Of a stretch of 64,000 nt of DNA, positions 1 to 11,260 are shown piece by piece; the first letter of the stretch is position 1, and each line of letters begins with the position of its first letter. This stretch comes from Sphyrna mokarran (taxonomy: Eukaryota). Made by a program: the position numbers and the translations under genes. The notes below the pieces were generated by a model that was given only the letters and a program-made list of their open reading frames with translations, did not search any database and had not been told where the DNA came from. The stretch spans positions 93,186,001-93,250,000 of the forward strand of contig JAGIQG010000006.1 of assembly GCA_024679065.1 (NCBI GenBank), read 5' to 3'.

Positions 1-599
1 ATTTTGTACTCCTTGTTGAAAGCCGTGTGCTGGGACTATTAAATTACGAACGAAGATTACACTTTGACTCAACATGTAACCATATCACTTTAGGTCAATC
101 CATTACATCGAAACCATTGGAATGACCTACCTAGCTGCAGATGACGGGACATTTATAAACACTGGAACAGATGATTAAGTCATTCCCTCCAGCAGACATG
201 TTCCGTCATTGTTTTTGTCAAATTAATCGTGTAACACAATTCGCGATAAGAAACTTCACTTTGTAATAGGGACATTGACACTTCAGTTACAGCGCGCACA
301 ACAATACCGAGATTCTGAGTAGTGCGAGGTGATTATGTTTTGAGAAGCATGTACATGCCACAATTATTAATCTTCAACTGCAGTCAGACTTTTCTACAGC
401 ATTATTCATGCACCAGTGACCAGTGTGTGGATTAATTGGTGTTTAATGCACTTCAACAGTGTAGGCTTCCTCTTTCAATTTGAGCTCCAACCAAGCCGGC
501 CACAAACCAAACTCTAATTTATGCACACCTTCTCATTCAGCGCAGCTTAATTAGATTGCACAACCATGAGCGGAAATTGTGGAGACTTCAATCCACATT

Positions 600-1400
600 T
601 CCACTGAGTAGATGCACGTGTGCTACGGCCTTTTGAATAGACTTCATAAGTTTTTTTAAAAAAATCTGTAAATACAATCACCAGTTACTCAATGGAGTAA
701 AGTAATTAACTAAAGGTCCTTTCGCACAGTATGAAACACGTGCCAGTGGCTTGAATTAAATTATTTTCCCGCATGCGGGACTAGATAAGGTTCCTTATTT
801 TTCGCCACAAAAAGATGTTCCTTATTTTTGGACTGATTGTTGATTTTAAATAATTAAAAACGGCCCCAATCGCTGAGATGATTAGAAATAGTTGCATTAA
901 AATAGCACAATAAGATTACTGATGGCGGCATGCTGATGCACATTTCTGATCTTTTATTGTGGAAAATTATTCCACAAAAACTATAAGCACACTAGCGAGG
1001 TGAAACTTAAACAAGCAATGTAAAAATCTAGCTTGGTTCAAATAATCCCTCTACGTCCTAACTTTAAAATTTTAAACTTTTAACCTTATTTCAGTCGCAC
1101 ATCGTAGCCAGCCGAGGCCACCTGGTCTTTTAAATGTTTTCATTTCCAGTAACTCTAGCTGATAAGTGTGATGATTCTCTGCGTTTGCGAACGCTTCTTT
1201 CTTGACGGTTAATCGACTTTGTATTTATCCTTTATACTTACTTTTCCCCCTGATTTTTTTTTGATGGGCAACATGAATGTTTTAAGTTTTGCTTCACCGG
1301 AAGCGCCACCTTCTTACTCCACCCCCTTCTGCTTCATAATGGCGGGAAATTCAAGCGACAGGTTGACACTTTTGGATGAGTTAAGTGAGCCTTGCCAAAT
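600..1400. promoter_or_regulatory. CpG-retaining promoter-like region, probably bidirectional
   Basis: CpG density is visibly higher than in most of the window and there are no recognisable TEs. Motifs: E-boxes CACGTG (615-620, 737-742), E2F TTTTCCCGC (764-772), ETS ACCGGAAGC (1296-1304), overlapping YY1/E2F ATAATGGCGGGAAA (1336-1349). Minus-strand donor GTAAGT at 1241-1236 and plus-strand donor GTGAGC at 1385. Confidence 0.6.
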
Positions 1401-1539
1401 CTCTCTTTAATGGATGATACTTGAATGATATTAAACCATTCTTCGTGAGATAAATTTTTGGAAGGGTTAAAATTTCACGGATAACGTGTTGGAGCTTACT
1501 AAACGTTGGAAGTTAATTGGACCACTGGAGTTATGATGA

Positions 1540-2100
1540 TTTAATGATTTAATTTATTATTGTCACTTATTAGGACAGTGAAAAGTATTGTTTCTTCTAC
1601 TATACAGACGAAATAGTGTTCATAGAGAAGGAAAGGCAAGAGTGCAGAATATCATGTTATAATTTTGGCTACTTATAAAGAAAATTATAGAAACTACAGT
1701 GCAGAAGGAGGCCATTTGGCCCATCAAGCCTACGACAATCCCACCCAGATCCTATCCCTATAACCCCACATATTTACCCTCCTCATCTCCCTGAAACTAA
1801 GGGACAATTTATCATGGCCAATCAATCTAACCCGCACATCTTTGGACTGTGGAAGAAACTGGAGCACCAAAAGGAAACCCACACAGACAGTGGGAGAATG
1901 TGCAAACTCCACACAGACTGTCACTTGAGGCTGGAATTGAACTTCAATTCCTGTGCTGTGAGGCAGCAGTGCTAACCACCATGCCACCCTGCTGCCCCAA
2001 GGATCATCTAAATATGGTAGGTCCATTCAAAAGTCTGATGGCAGCAGGGAAGAAGGTACTCATGTTGAATAGATAGTTACGGGACAAAGTTCTATGTTTT
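1540..2100 (-). mobile_element. LINE 3' end fragment (Rex1/Babar- or L2-like), interrupted by an HE1 SINE
   Basis: GATTTAATTTATTATTGTCAC...CAGTGAAAAGTATTGTTTCTT before the SINE and GGTAGGTCCATTCAAAAGTCTGATGGCAGCAGGGAAGAAG after it read as one recalled shark LINE 3' terminus. Confidence 0.5.
1686..1998 (-). mobile_element. HE1-type tRNA-derived V-SINE, tail type A (CR1-like tail)
   Basis: Minus strand has head GGTGGTTAGCACTGCTGCCTCACAG, core TGTGTGGAGTTTGCACATTCTCCC...GGGTTTCC and tail GGGCCAAATGGCCTCCTTCTGCACTGTAG. Aligns by eye to 7 other copies in the window. Confidence 0.9.
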
Positions 2101-2981
2101 ATTGCCTATTCTAATTTATTGCTATGTTAAAACATTTAACACAAACTTTCCTCCATTCAGATGAAGTGCAGTTTTGTATTTTTTTTGTGTGTACATATGT
2201 GAACACTTACGGGTCTAGAGAATTTGACAGTATTCATTATTGAATTTGGGCCTGCTGGGCAGTTGTGGCAGTGTGTGTAAGAGAGTTTTGTTAATATAGT
2301 TTGACACAAAGGGTTGTCTTGTTTGGTTTTATTCTGCTTCAATGGGTTAAATGTTGAAGATGGCAACCATTTATCATGTGATGTATGGAATGTGCAGTTT
2401 TAATAAATAGATCAATGTGGATTGAGGATATTATTGAGATCTTACATAATTGTAGTACAATCATGTCAACAGTTTGAAAAATAGTGGCGAATCTTGCTTT
2501 TCCTGTCTTTTTCTAAAATGATAAACTATCCAGATAATACAAAAGCATAATGTAACCATCATTGTTGATATCTAAAGTCCCCTCTACGTAAACCAACAAA
2601 AGCTATACTCTTTTAATACAACAAAAATACATTGTAGGAAGCCCCCAGCTGTGTTGTGTTATGTATCAAATGATGATTCCAGGCAATATGTCTTTACTGT
2701 AATGTTTTTGTAATAAGGTCAATGCATCACAGGCAATAGTGCCCCGTTGAAAGCGAAGCATCGCAAATATGTTGACATCTTTTGAAATGTAGGATTGAAT
2801 TACTCAAAACTGAAAAGCACAACAAAGACCCTGCCACTTCTAAAAGTAATACCAGTGATTGGACAATGCGTATGATTGATGGAGCTCTAAAGCCAACTGG
2901 AAGCAACGTTCTTATTACATGGGGGTTTGAGGAAGTAGTAATGCTGTCAAAAATTCATTTTTTTCTAAGGAAATTAAGTTT

Positions 2982-3265
2982 AAAGTTTATATATTAATAT
3001 CACAAGTCGGCTTACATTGCAGTGTTAATGAAGCTACTGTGAAAATCCCCTAGTTGCCACACTCCGGTGTCTGTTTGGGTACATGAAGGGAGAATTTAGC
3101 GTGGTCAATGCACTTAACCAGCATGTCTTTCAAACTGTGGGACAAAACTGGAGCATGTGGAGGAAACCCCACGCAAACACGAGGAGAATGCGCAGAGTCT
3201 GCAAGTCAAAAATTGAACCTGGGTCCTTGGTGCTGAGGTAGTAGTCCTAGCCACCATGCTGTCCC
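2982..3265 (-). mobile_element. HE1-type V-SINE, tail type B
   Basis: Same head and core as other copies. Tail AAATTCTCCC...GGAGTGTGGCAACTAGGGGATTTTCACAGTAGCTTCATT is shared with the 4961, 17531 and 58949 copies. Confidence 0.85.
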
Positions 3266-4960
3266 ACCTATCGGTTATTAAACCGTTCTATCACTCCTAC
3301 CCCTCTCTTCCCTTGAGGTGATCTTGTGAAACTTACTACTGTGGTCAATTTTTGTTCTTTGTGTCAAACTTTTTTTTTGTAAATTTTTTTGTGTATCACG
3401 TCCTTAAAACACATTGGGACTTTTACTTGGTTAGTGGTGTTATGTAAATACAATTTGTTGTAGTGATTTTGCATTGTCTCCTACTCCCTTCTTTGCATTT
3501 CTAAGTATTGGTGCTGCAGGGAAGCAGATTGAATTTGGGTTAAGTTGATATTTTTGTCCACATTGTTAATCTGAAAACATATAAAAAATGATTGGAAGGA
3601 TTTCAACGAGGTTTGGTGCACAATATGGGTAAGAAAGATTTGATGGATTTTTGCTAAGATTTTTAAAATTTCCATTAATGGAAAGATTCAACAAATTTAC
3701 TTTTTTTAAGGATGTTGCGAGTTTTATTTAGAATGTTGTTTATTATCTTAACTTGAAAATGTGAGCAGATTTTTCAGTGCAGGTTGTTGCGTGTGGATTG
3801 GCCTGAAGCCTTCTTAGTGAGATGGAGCTTCTTAATAAAACATTTTCTCACTTTCAACTTTGTAATAACATTGAGTTGACAAAGCATGAGGGAGGTATAT
3901 GCTCAACTGAGTGCCCTCTTTATCTCATTCTTACTGTATTTTCATTCGTTTCAGGAGCTTTGTTACTTTCTCCAAATGAAGTCCTGATTCTTGTCAGTGG
4001 CTAAAAGCAATTTGTTGTTCTCTCCAATCTAATCAGCTAGTGGTTTGCTAAAGAACTCTCGACATTACTAAAAGGCCTGTCTTAACTGTGCATGTGGTAA
4101 AACTAATACATTTTGGAATGAATGATTTCCTATCTTTAATTGAATCAAACAGTATTTTGTGGATTCTGAGCTAACGCAAAAGATTGTGACAATATGTGCA
4201 CTAATAGTTTGGGATGCAAGACCGTGTAGTTTGCTAACATTTTTCAGGCCCATTCAGTGAGTTACAGAACTAATTTTCAGATCAAATATACAAATTGTTT
4301 CACCTGAAGCAAATGAGGAGGGCACTGCCACCACCATGCCTTGTTAACTCAGTGTTATTACAATTATGCAACTTTTCCTCTAGGCTTTCCCCTGCCTTTA
4401 ACTACAAAGCTTGAAAAAAAATCTTGACATTTAGAAATTCCATCTCACTGAGGTGTCTTCAGGCCAATCCACATCCTGCAAGCTGCTAAGAAAATTACGC
4501 TCGCACTTAAATTTCATTAACAAGCAACATTCCAAAACAATCAACAACATTCTGACCAAAACAACCCCCATTATTTTTAAAAGTCTGTTTGCTCTCTTCC
4601 TCATTTTTATACAGCCTTTAAAAAACAAAATATGCATCCATGTCTTTTTCAAAAGCTAATTGGTTCCTTATGCCACACCCCGTGTACAAAGTTTCATTGA
4701 AATTTAGCCATTAGTTTTTGAGATCTATAGTTTACAGACAAATTAACAAAGAGGAGCATTATCATTGTCCACCTTCAATGGCAGAGGTAAAAAACATTTT
4801 GGCCGCGGGGCACCTTTTAATTGAATTAACAAACTGGCCTAACGTAAAATCAGATTAATGAATAATAAATTTAAGGAAACAAGCAATGCAGATGGATTCC
4901 AGCATTGTCCATCAACAGCAAATGTGCAGGCCACAAGTCAATGCTGTTCAGTTTTTGTTT

Positions 4961-5232
4961 TGTTTATTAGGGTCACAAGTAAGCTTGTATTAACACTAGT
5001 GAAGTTACTGTGAAAATCCCCCTAGTTGCCACAGTCCAGTGCCTGTTGAGGTACACAGAATTTAACATGGTGAATGCACCTACCCAGCACGTCTTTCAGA
5101 CTATGGGAGGAAACCTGTGTAGATACAGAGAATATCTAGACACCGCACAGACAGTGACCTGAGCCAGGAATCAAACCTGGGTCTCTGGCGCTCTGAGGCA
5201 GCAGTGCTAACCACTGTATCATCATGCCACCC
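4961..5232 (-). mobile_element. HE1-type V-SINE, tail type B
   Basis: Minus-strand head CAGTGGTTAGCACTGCTGCCTCAGAGCGCCAGAGACCCAGGTTTGATTCC (A/B boxes) and type B tail. Confidence 0.85.
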
Positions 5233-5929
5233 AATACAGAGCTGCTTGTGCATTGATGTTTACAGAGATCAGTACTCCCTAATCTATAATTTTCTCTGAA
5301 TTCTGAGGTTCAAGTCACATCAGTAACTAAGCTGATTTTTACTGCACATGTATACAGGGTTTATGAAAATGCAGATGAGCAAAGTTTTGTGATTTTTTTT
5401 ATATATATATATCAGTCTCAGCCTATCTGACCTAACAGGTAAACATTGAAGAAGGCAGTTCCTGTTTAATATAATTATAGGCACAAAATTCACAGATCGT
5501 GTTCAAACTTATAGTCTACAAATTAAGATGTATTTATCTCCTTTAGTCACAGAATTGTATGTGTTTTACAAATGCTCCATTTCAGCAGTGCAATTCCAAT
5601 GAAACTAAGAATAACAGGTGTTAGTGTTATAGTGCTTTGTATTGGGATATGGCAGTGTTTCCTACCCCTTTATTTTAATATTAGACTATTCATCTCTTGT
5701 CAAGTAGTACAAGTGACAAAATCAAATGTTGTCCTTAGGTGGAATTGAACCAGGACGTGCAAATATAATTCAGTCCCCAATTTAAAGTCATATTTCTGCT
5801 CTAACTTAAATATTTTTGAGTTTATGTTAATAGTTGAACAGCAGCACTAATGGCAATTTGGGAATCAGAGAATAAAATTGTTTTGAAACGTATAAGTTTC
5901 ACCACTGTACAGGGAAGGTGGCAATAGAT

Positions 5930-6450
5930 AATAGTTGACTACCTGACTTCCCCAAACCCTGACCACCATTTTCTTGGCACAAGTCAGGATTGTGATTGGG
6001 AAAAAAAAAATCACTTGTCTGGACATTAGTGTAGCTACAACAATGATGAAGAAACTCAAAAACATCCAGGCTAAAGAAATTTGCTTGAACGCTATCCCAT
6101 CCATCACCTTAACCATCCACGTGCACAATGTGGTTACAGTGTGTACTATCTACACTGCAGCAATTAATGCTTCTTCAACAGCACCTCTCACATCATGAGC
6201 TCTGCCACCTAGAAAGAACAGGGAGTATCACCACCTCCAAATTATATATCTCCTGACTGGGAAATGTTCATAGTCCTTTTCCTTCATAGTCGCTGGGTCA
6301 ATATTCCAGATCTTAACATAAGAGTGAAAGGTCCAGAAGAACTGTTGCAATTCAAAGACTGCTCACCATCATCACTGCCAGGGCAACTAGGGTTGTGCAA
6401 TAACTGCTGGTCTTGTCAGCAGCACTCCAACTTGTGGAAAACTTGTATCA
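5930..6450 (+). mobile_element. Decayed LINE (CR1/L2 group) ORF2 C-terminus and 3' tail
   Basis: ORF 5974-6198 AQVRIVI...TTMMKKLKNIQAKEICL resembles the YKAQVRSVMEY...TTLKKLDTIQDKAARLI region. Tail GGGCAACTAGGGTTGTGCAATAACTGCTGGTCTTGTCAGC is shared with the SINEs at 40940 and 62125. Confidence 0.65.
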
Positions 6451-6539
6451 AAACGAGTTTAGCAAAAGGGATAGCCTGGAGTAAAGCAAGAAAATTAAAA
6501 TAACCAGATCCCAACAAGGAAAGAAGGATTTTCATTGAA

Positions 6540-6673
6540 GAGGAAGACCACCTTTTACAAATTCCAATCCCTATTCTCTGTCACAATCAATGTGTGAATA
6601 ACTAAAATCTCCTAAATGTGTTTTGTTATTCTGATTCATTTCCCTGCTCCATATACAGTTTTTGCATTTCATT
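6540..6673 (-). repeat. Left arm of an exact 134-bp inverted duplication
   Basis: Reverse complement matches 7974-8107 with no mismatch seen by eye. Confidence 0.95.
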
Positions 6674-6807
6674 GCCTTGAATTTTAAAAATGAAGGAAAA
6701 ATAAATCATGTTAAATATGAACATAAAGTGCATGAATTTCAATCATCAGCATGCCAACTCAACTTGAGAGAATTAGAAATAATTACTGAACAGGTCAATA
6801 TAAGCCC

Positions 6808-7560
6808 AATCATCATCTTGGGGTAGTCCTACAAAGTTTCTTGTGTTCTGAGATGTCTCTGCAGACTCCGTCACGTACAGGGTAGGTGGTGCTTGATAGG
6901 TCAGGATAGATGAGTTGTTTGGAGGTTTGTGTGCTTGCTCCAATATCTCAACTTACTCAATGAAGTCTCTCAATGTGTTCAATGCCTTTCCAAATTAACC
7001 ATATCCATTTTCATTGGTCACAAGTCAGGAGATCACATGGTATTTGACTTCTTGGGTGATTTGAGGACATTCATAGCGTTTCTATTATCTTCCTGGAAAT
7101 GTTCTAGTGATCGTGTTCCAAGGAGAGCAGTTGCTTCAGGAGTCTGGTGTCAACTACAAATGACACGTTACAAATGCAAATTACTGAAGATGCTAGAATC
7201 TGAAACAAAATCAGAAAATGGTGGAAAATCTCAGCAGGTCTGACCAGCACTTTGTTTTGGTAATGATGTGTCCCGTCCAGGGGAGCTTGTTTTAAATGAT
7301 TAATAGCTTGATGCTGGACATATTTGCTTGGGATGCTGCTGTCGGACAGGATTGCTCAACACTGGATTTGGAGGAACTTGCAAAGACACTGCTGGGTAAT
7401 ACACCCCAATATTGAGCTGCAAGTTGTGTATCGAAGTGCCAAGAACACTGCTGCCTGACAAATCATGACCTTTAGTTTCAGGTTTGAGGTGCAGGTTCCC
7501 GAAGACTCTTTCTCGTTGGCATATTGGAGCAAACTGATAACACTTGAAACAGCTGCAAAC
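6808..7560 (-). mobile_element. Decayed RTE-clade LINE 3' portion
   Basis: Minus translations KLKVMICQAAVFLALRY, QQCLCKFLQI, DTRLLKQLL, KWIWLIWKGIEHIE and HLRT match the RTE ORF C-terminus (TKLMVYRAVVL.., HQRCLRKIL, D.RLPKQ.LY, KWR..I.EG, HLRTH). Ends in a short (GAT)n tail. Confidence 0.7.
7165..7252. mobile_element. Short Penelope-associated terminal fragment inserted in the RTE relic
   Basis: TGAAGATGCTAGAATCTGAAACAAAATCAGAAAATGGTGGAAAATCTCAGCAGGTCTG resembles a recalled abundant shark Penelope terminal sequence. Confidence 0.45.
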
Positions 7561-7949
7561 TGCTCAGGAATCGAAAATAAACAATGGGTTATTACATTTT
7601 TAGGAAAGATAGAATAGGAGTGGAGGTTTTGTAGCATGATGGTAGTATCCGTACACTGGGCCAGAAACTCCATGTTCAAGTCCTGCTCCAGGAATTGATA
7701 GTCGCAGATGGTGCATTTATATCATTGCTCCCAGGTTGATTATTAACCTGTAAATCCTTTCAGTACATTCATTGGCAGGTGGTAAGAACAGGTTAGATTC
7801 CTGTCCGCCACAATGCAGAAGGCAACACTTAATCTCCGCAGTATCTTGCCAATCTAATGGAAGTCTATGGTTACCAGCATCCTTTCTGGCACTGTAAATG
7901 GAGGAGGGGAACAGGAGAGAAATGAATGTTCCAGTAAGAACGATTGATA

Positions 7950-8600
7950 TAATAATGGGTATTTTAGGTGGGAAATGAAATGCAAAAACTGTATATGGAG
8001 CAGGGAAATGAATCAGAATAACAAAACACATTTAGGAGATTTTAGTTATTCACACATTGATTGTGACAGAGAATAGGGATTGGAATTTGTAAAAGGTGGT
8101 CTTCCTCCATCAATTCATGCACAAAGGAAAAATCTGAAGAGAATCTCAAAAAATATTGAAGATCATTAAAGTATTCTACAATTTGTAAATATCAGGTGGG
8201 ACCCCTGAGAGGAGAAGATTTTGAAGCTAATTGTTTTTTTGAAATGGGGTTATATTGAGAGTAGGTGTGTGTGACTGAACTGCAGAGAGATCAATACAAA
8301 AACCATTTATGAAAAATGCAAACCCAGATAATTACAAGCCAGTTAATCTAGCATTTGTGGGAGGAAAAATGCTGGATTATTTAATCAAATGTTGTTTTAA
8401 TATTGCAATGGAGAAGGTAACTAGAGACTGGCAGCACATGATTCAGAAAGAAAGAGAGTTCCTAAGAAAATCTGATGATATTCCTTTAACAGGTGCTGGT
8501 AAAATGCAGTCAGTGTAGTGCACATGGACTTTCAGAAAGCCTTTAACAAAGTATTACACAAAACAGTATTCTGGAAAAGATAGCAACTTAGATTGTAAAA
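7950..8600 (+). mobile_element. Ancient, heavily deleted CR1 LINE fragment
   Basis: Endonuclease motif GDFSYSHID, RT motif NPDNYKPVNLAFVGGKMLD (ORF 8309-8518), and MDFQKAFNKV near 8525. Confidence 0.7.
7974..8107 (+). repeat. Right arm of the 134-bp inverted duplication, part of an ancient CR1 endonuclease region
   Basis: Exact inverted match to 6540-6673. Translates as NNKTHLGDFSYSHID, the CR1 APE motif IMGDFNYPxIDW. Confidence 0.9.
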
Positions 8601-8735
8601 ACTGACATGAGTTAAGAGATTCTGAACCAAGGAAAATTTCTCACTGAATTGAAATTAGTGATAGAGACCTACAGCATCCTGGAAATATTTCTATTTGTAT
8701 TCACTGTATACATTGCTTTACATTTTCTTGTACAG

Positions 8736-8863
8736 AGGATTTTCCTTTTTTCCCCAAAAAAGAAGAAATGTCAAACATGAAGGGAGTGCCATCTCAGCAT
8801 AATGAAAATGGACTGTGGCCTTTGGCTACATTTCTCTGTTGTACATCATTTGAAGCTCTTTAG
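8736..8863 (+). other. Candidate internal exon of a spliced, probably non-coding transcript
   Basis: Acceptor TTTTCTTGTACAG and donor TAG|GTAAGG, 128 bp. No recognisable protein in any frame. Confidence 0.35.
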
Positions 8864-9976
8864 GTAAGGATTAATGCAGACTTTGTGCTATATGGATTAA
8901 CAGCAACATCTGGTGCACTTCACAGCTCTATAAACTCTTATTTCAAACTGATCCATCAATGTGCTGTCGACAGTCAATCCATTTTGTAATACTTAATTTT
9001 GCAATATTGTGTAAACCTGCTATTTTCAGCAGCCCTGCACGAATTAAGATGATTTCAAGTTTTGCTTGAACATCAGGCAAGGTCATTATCATGTTGTATT
9101 TTCCACAATCAAAGAACAAATGAAGCCATTTCTGCATCAAATTCATTGCACCAAAGGAAAAATGGCATGCTGAAGACCCAGAGGCACAAGTCATTTACAG
9201 CCAATTCAGAATGATATTATTAACACTGCCTGTTTTTAGGTTCAAAGGTTCCATTTGACTACATAAATTTAATTACTTGCATTCAAGTTACACTTTTCCT
9301 AAAGTCACAGTTCTGCACTTTCAGTAAATAAGATTGCACCTGTTTCAAAAGTAACTTCAAGTTGTCAATTTTTTAAAATACATTAGTGCATTGCTTTTGT
9401 GTCTCCTTTGTGTTTGTCTTTAAGATCTTAACAGAAGTATATTTGTTAGAACATCTTTTATAGATTAGTGATATGCGTACATTATATAATGTATTTATAA
9501 GTTGTACAACTGAATTGCATCTTCCTTCTTACCTGAGAATGATGTAAAATGTGAGGAGACAAATAGCTATGTGACATTAGAAGGGGAAAAAAGTGATCTG
9601 CTCCTAGGTCTTCCCCAAAGCTATTGTTACGGTGGAAGGTGCAAAATGTGTGGAACTATCACAGTTTGAATAGCTTCCCTGTTCTTGCAGATGTACTTAA
9701 TCTCCATGGTATAAGTGTGATTGGTAATTCAGCACTTAAATGATCTCTGCCATATTGTGCTTTTGTTTGCTTGATGTATCATTTAATGTTGTTGTAATAT
9801 ATTTTCCTGTTTAGCAAAAAGGTAGGTGCACATGTGAAGTTGCAGCCCCTACTTTAAAAATAAAAGCTGCTTTATTTGCTAAAATTAGTACGCTAAGGAA
9901 AATTCACTGCTTAATACTTAGTTTCTGGATTACTCACTCATTTCCCTCCTCCTCTCCTCTGACTACCCCCACCTCT

Positions 9977-9994
9977 CCCCCCCCCCCCCCCCCC
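9977..9994. repeat. Poly-C tract
   Basis: Run of about 17 C read directly. Confidence 0.9.
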
Positions 9995-10399
9995 AACACC
10001 ACGCTCTGAGATCATCTGTAGAAAGAGAAATCTATTCCCAGAGAATAGTCAGGGTGTCTGGTAACAACAGTAGGTGTGGAAAGATTTAATAACTGTTGGT
10101 AGATAATAAAAATTCATGATGCAAGTAAAGAGACATCAATCAGTTACTTGTGCATTGATTTATCTTAAGGATTCTGCAGTTGCAAAATATGCGCACTATA
10201 TTGTCCAATGACAAAATGGCTTTCATCACCGAGCTTGTGGTAGAGATAAAACATAGTTGGAATAGTGACAAATAAAGCTATTGCAAGCAAAATTGCTGTT
10301 TAATTACGGTGAGTATGGCATAAAAGTTAAGATAATTGGGTGTGAATATATTAAAAATAATCATAATTAGCTTGATTGTTCAGTATTGAATTCATTGTC

Positions 10400-10600
10400 C
10401 AGTTTCAAGCTGGACCTGTGTCGTTATCTATATCAACACCCCCAGGCTAAGGAGATGATGAATTAGACTGGCTTTCCTCTCCTGATATTACAATCTGACT
10501 CCTGTTGACGGTGAGCACGTGGGAAAGTTGGTTGAAGATGGATTGGTTGCAGCCTGCATTGTTTCCTATAGTAAGCTAGTTGGGTACTTGCAGCAAAGAG
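10400..10600 (+). mobile_element. Ancient SINE-like relic, same family as 59855-60045
   Basis: Collinear blocks GTTATCTATATCA / CCCCAGGCTAAGGAGA / TTCCTCTCCTGA / TGACTCCTG have counterparts in the 59.9-kb copy. Confidence 0.4.
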
Positions 10601-10979
10601 GCAGTGGACTAATGAGAATAACCAGTCAGAAAGCCACTTTCAGGAAAAAAGGGAAATGCTGAGAATAGGGTTTTCTTTATCAAACCCATTTCACTTTCGT
10701 TGTACTTGTACTTTTTAAGTGACACATTTATGTTCAGCAAGACATGCAGCCTCTGAAACAACATAATCAAGGTGTGAGGATTTTAATGTAAATGCATCTG
10801 GCTTCAAAGGAAATGAGTGTGAGATCTTCTTTCATGTAAGCTCTTTTGGTGTGTTGAATTTGCTCCACTCCACTCTCAGCTTGAATAAGCAACCATGACT
10901 GAATAGAGTTGAGAAATAGGAAGGTACATTTTTCATCCAGTTCACAGTTGGTGCTAGCCTTTTCTCAGCTAAGAAATGA

Positions 10980-11260
10980 TGCATATTATTAGGAGAGCAC
11001 TGGGAGAATAAAAATGTTGAGAAGTATTGGCATTATTGGCAAAAGAACCAGAAGGAAAATGAAGAGGTATCTTTTTAGAGGTGATTCTTATGAGCTGAAA
11101 TTCACCACCTAAATGTATGGTGGAAACAGACTCTAGTAACTTGAGTATTGGAAAGGGTAATGTTGCAGGATTATGAACAACAGGCAAAGCACTGGAACTA
11201 AGTAGGCTCAGAATCAGCACACCAAAAATGGGCTAATTAGCCTCCTATTGTGTATGATTT
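10980..11260 (+). mobile_element. Decayed CR1 3' end fragment
   Basis: Degenerate GGAAAATGAAGAGGTATCTTTTTAGAG...TGGTGGAAACAGACTC...GGATTATG...ATGGGCTAATTAGCCTCCTATTGTGTATGATTTTATGA pattern follows the order of CR1 3' ends elsewhere in the window. Confidence 0.5.

Noticed and set aside
1167-1253. Possible C/D box snoRNA (GTGATGA ... CTGA)
   Set aside because: No terminal stem or recognisable rRNA guide, and it lies in a promoter-like context. The boxes are short enough to occur by chance.
5836-5862. AGCAGCAC miR-15/16 seed-like sequence (also near 40289)
   Set aside because: Does not match mature miR-15/16 beyond the seed and no precursor hairpin is evident.
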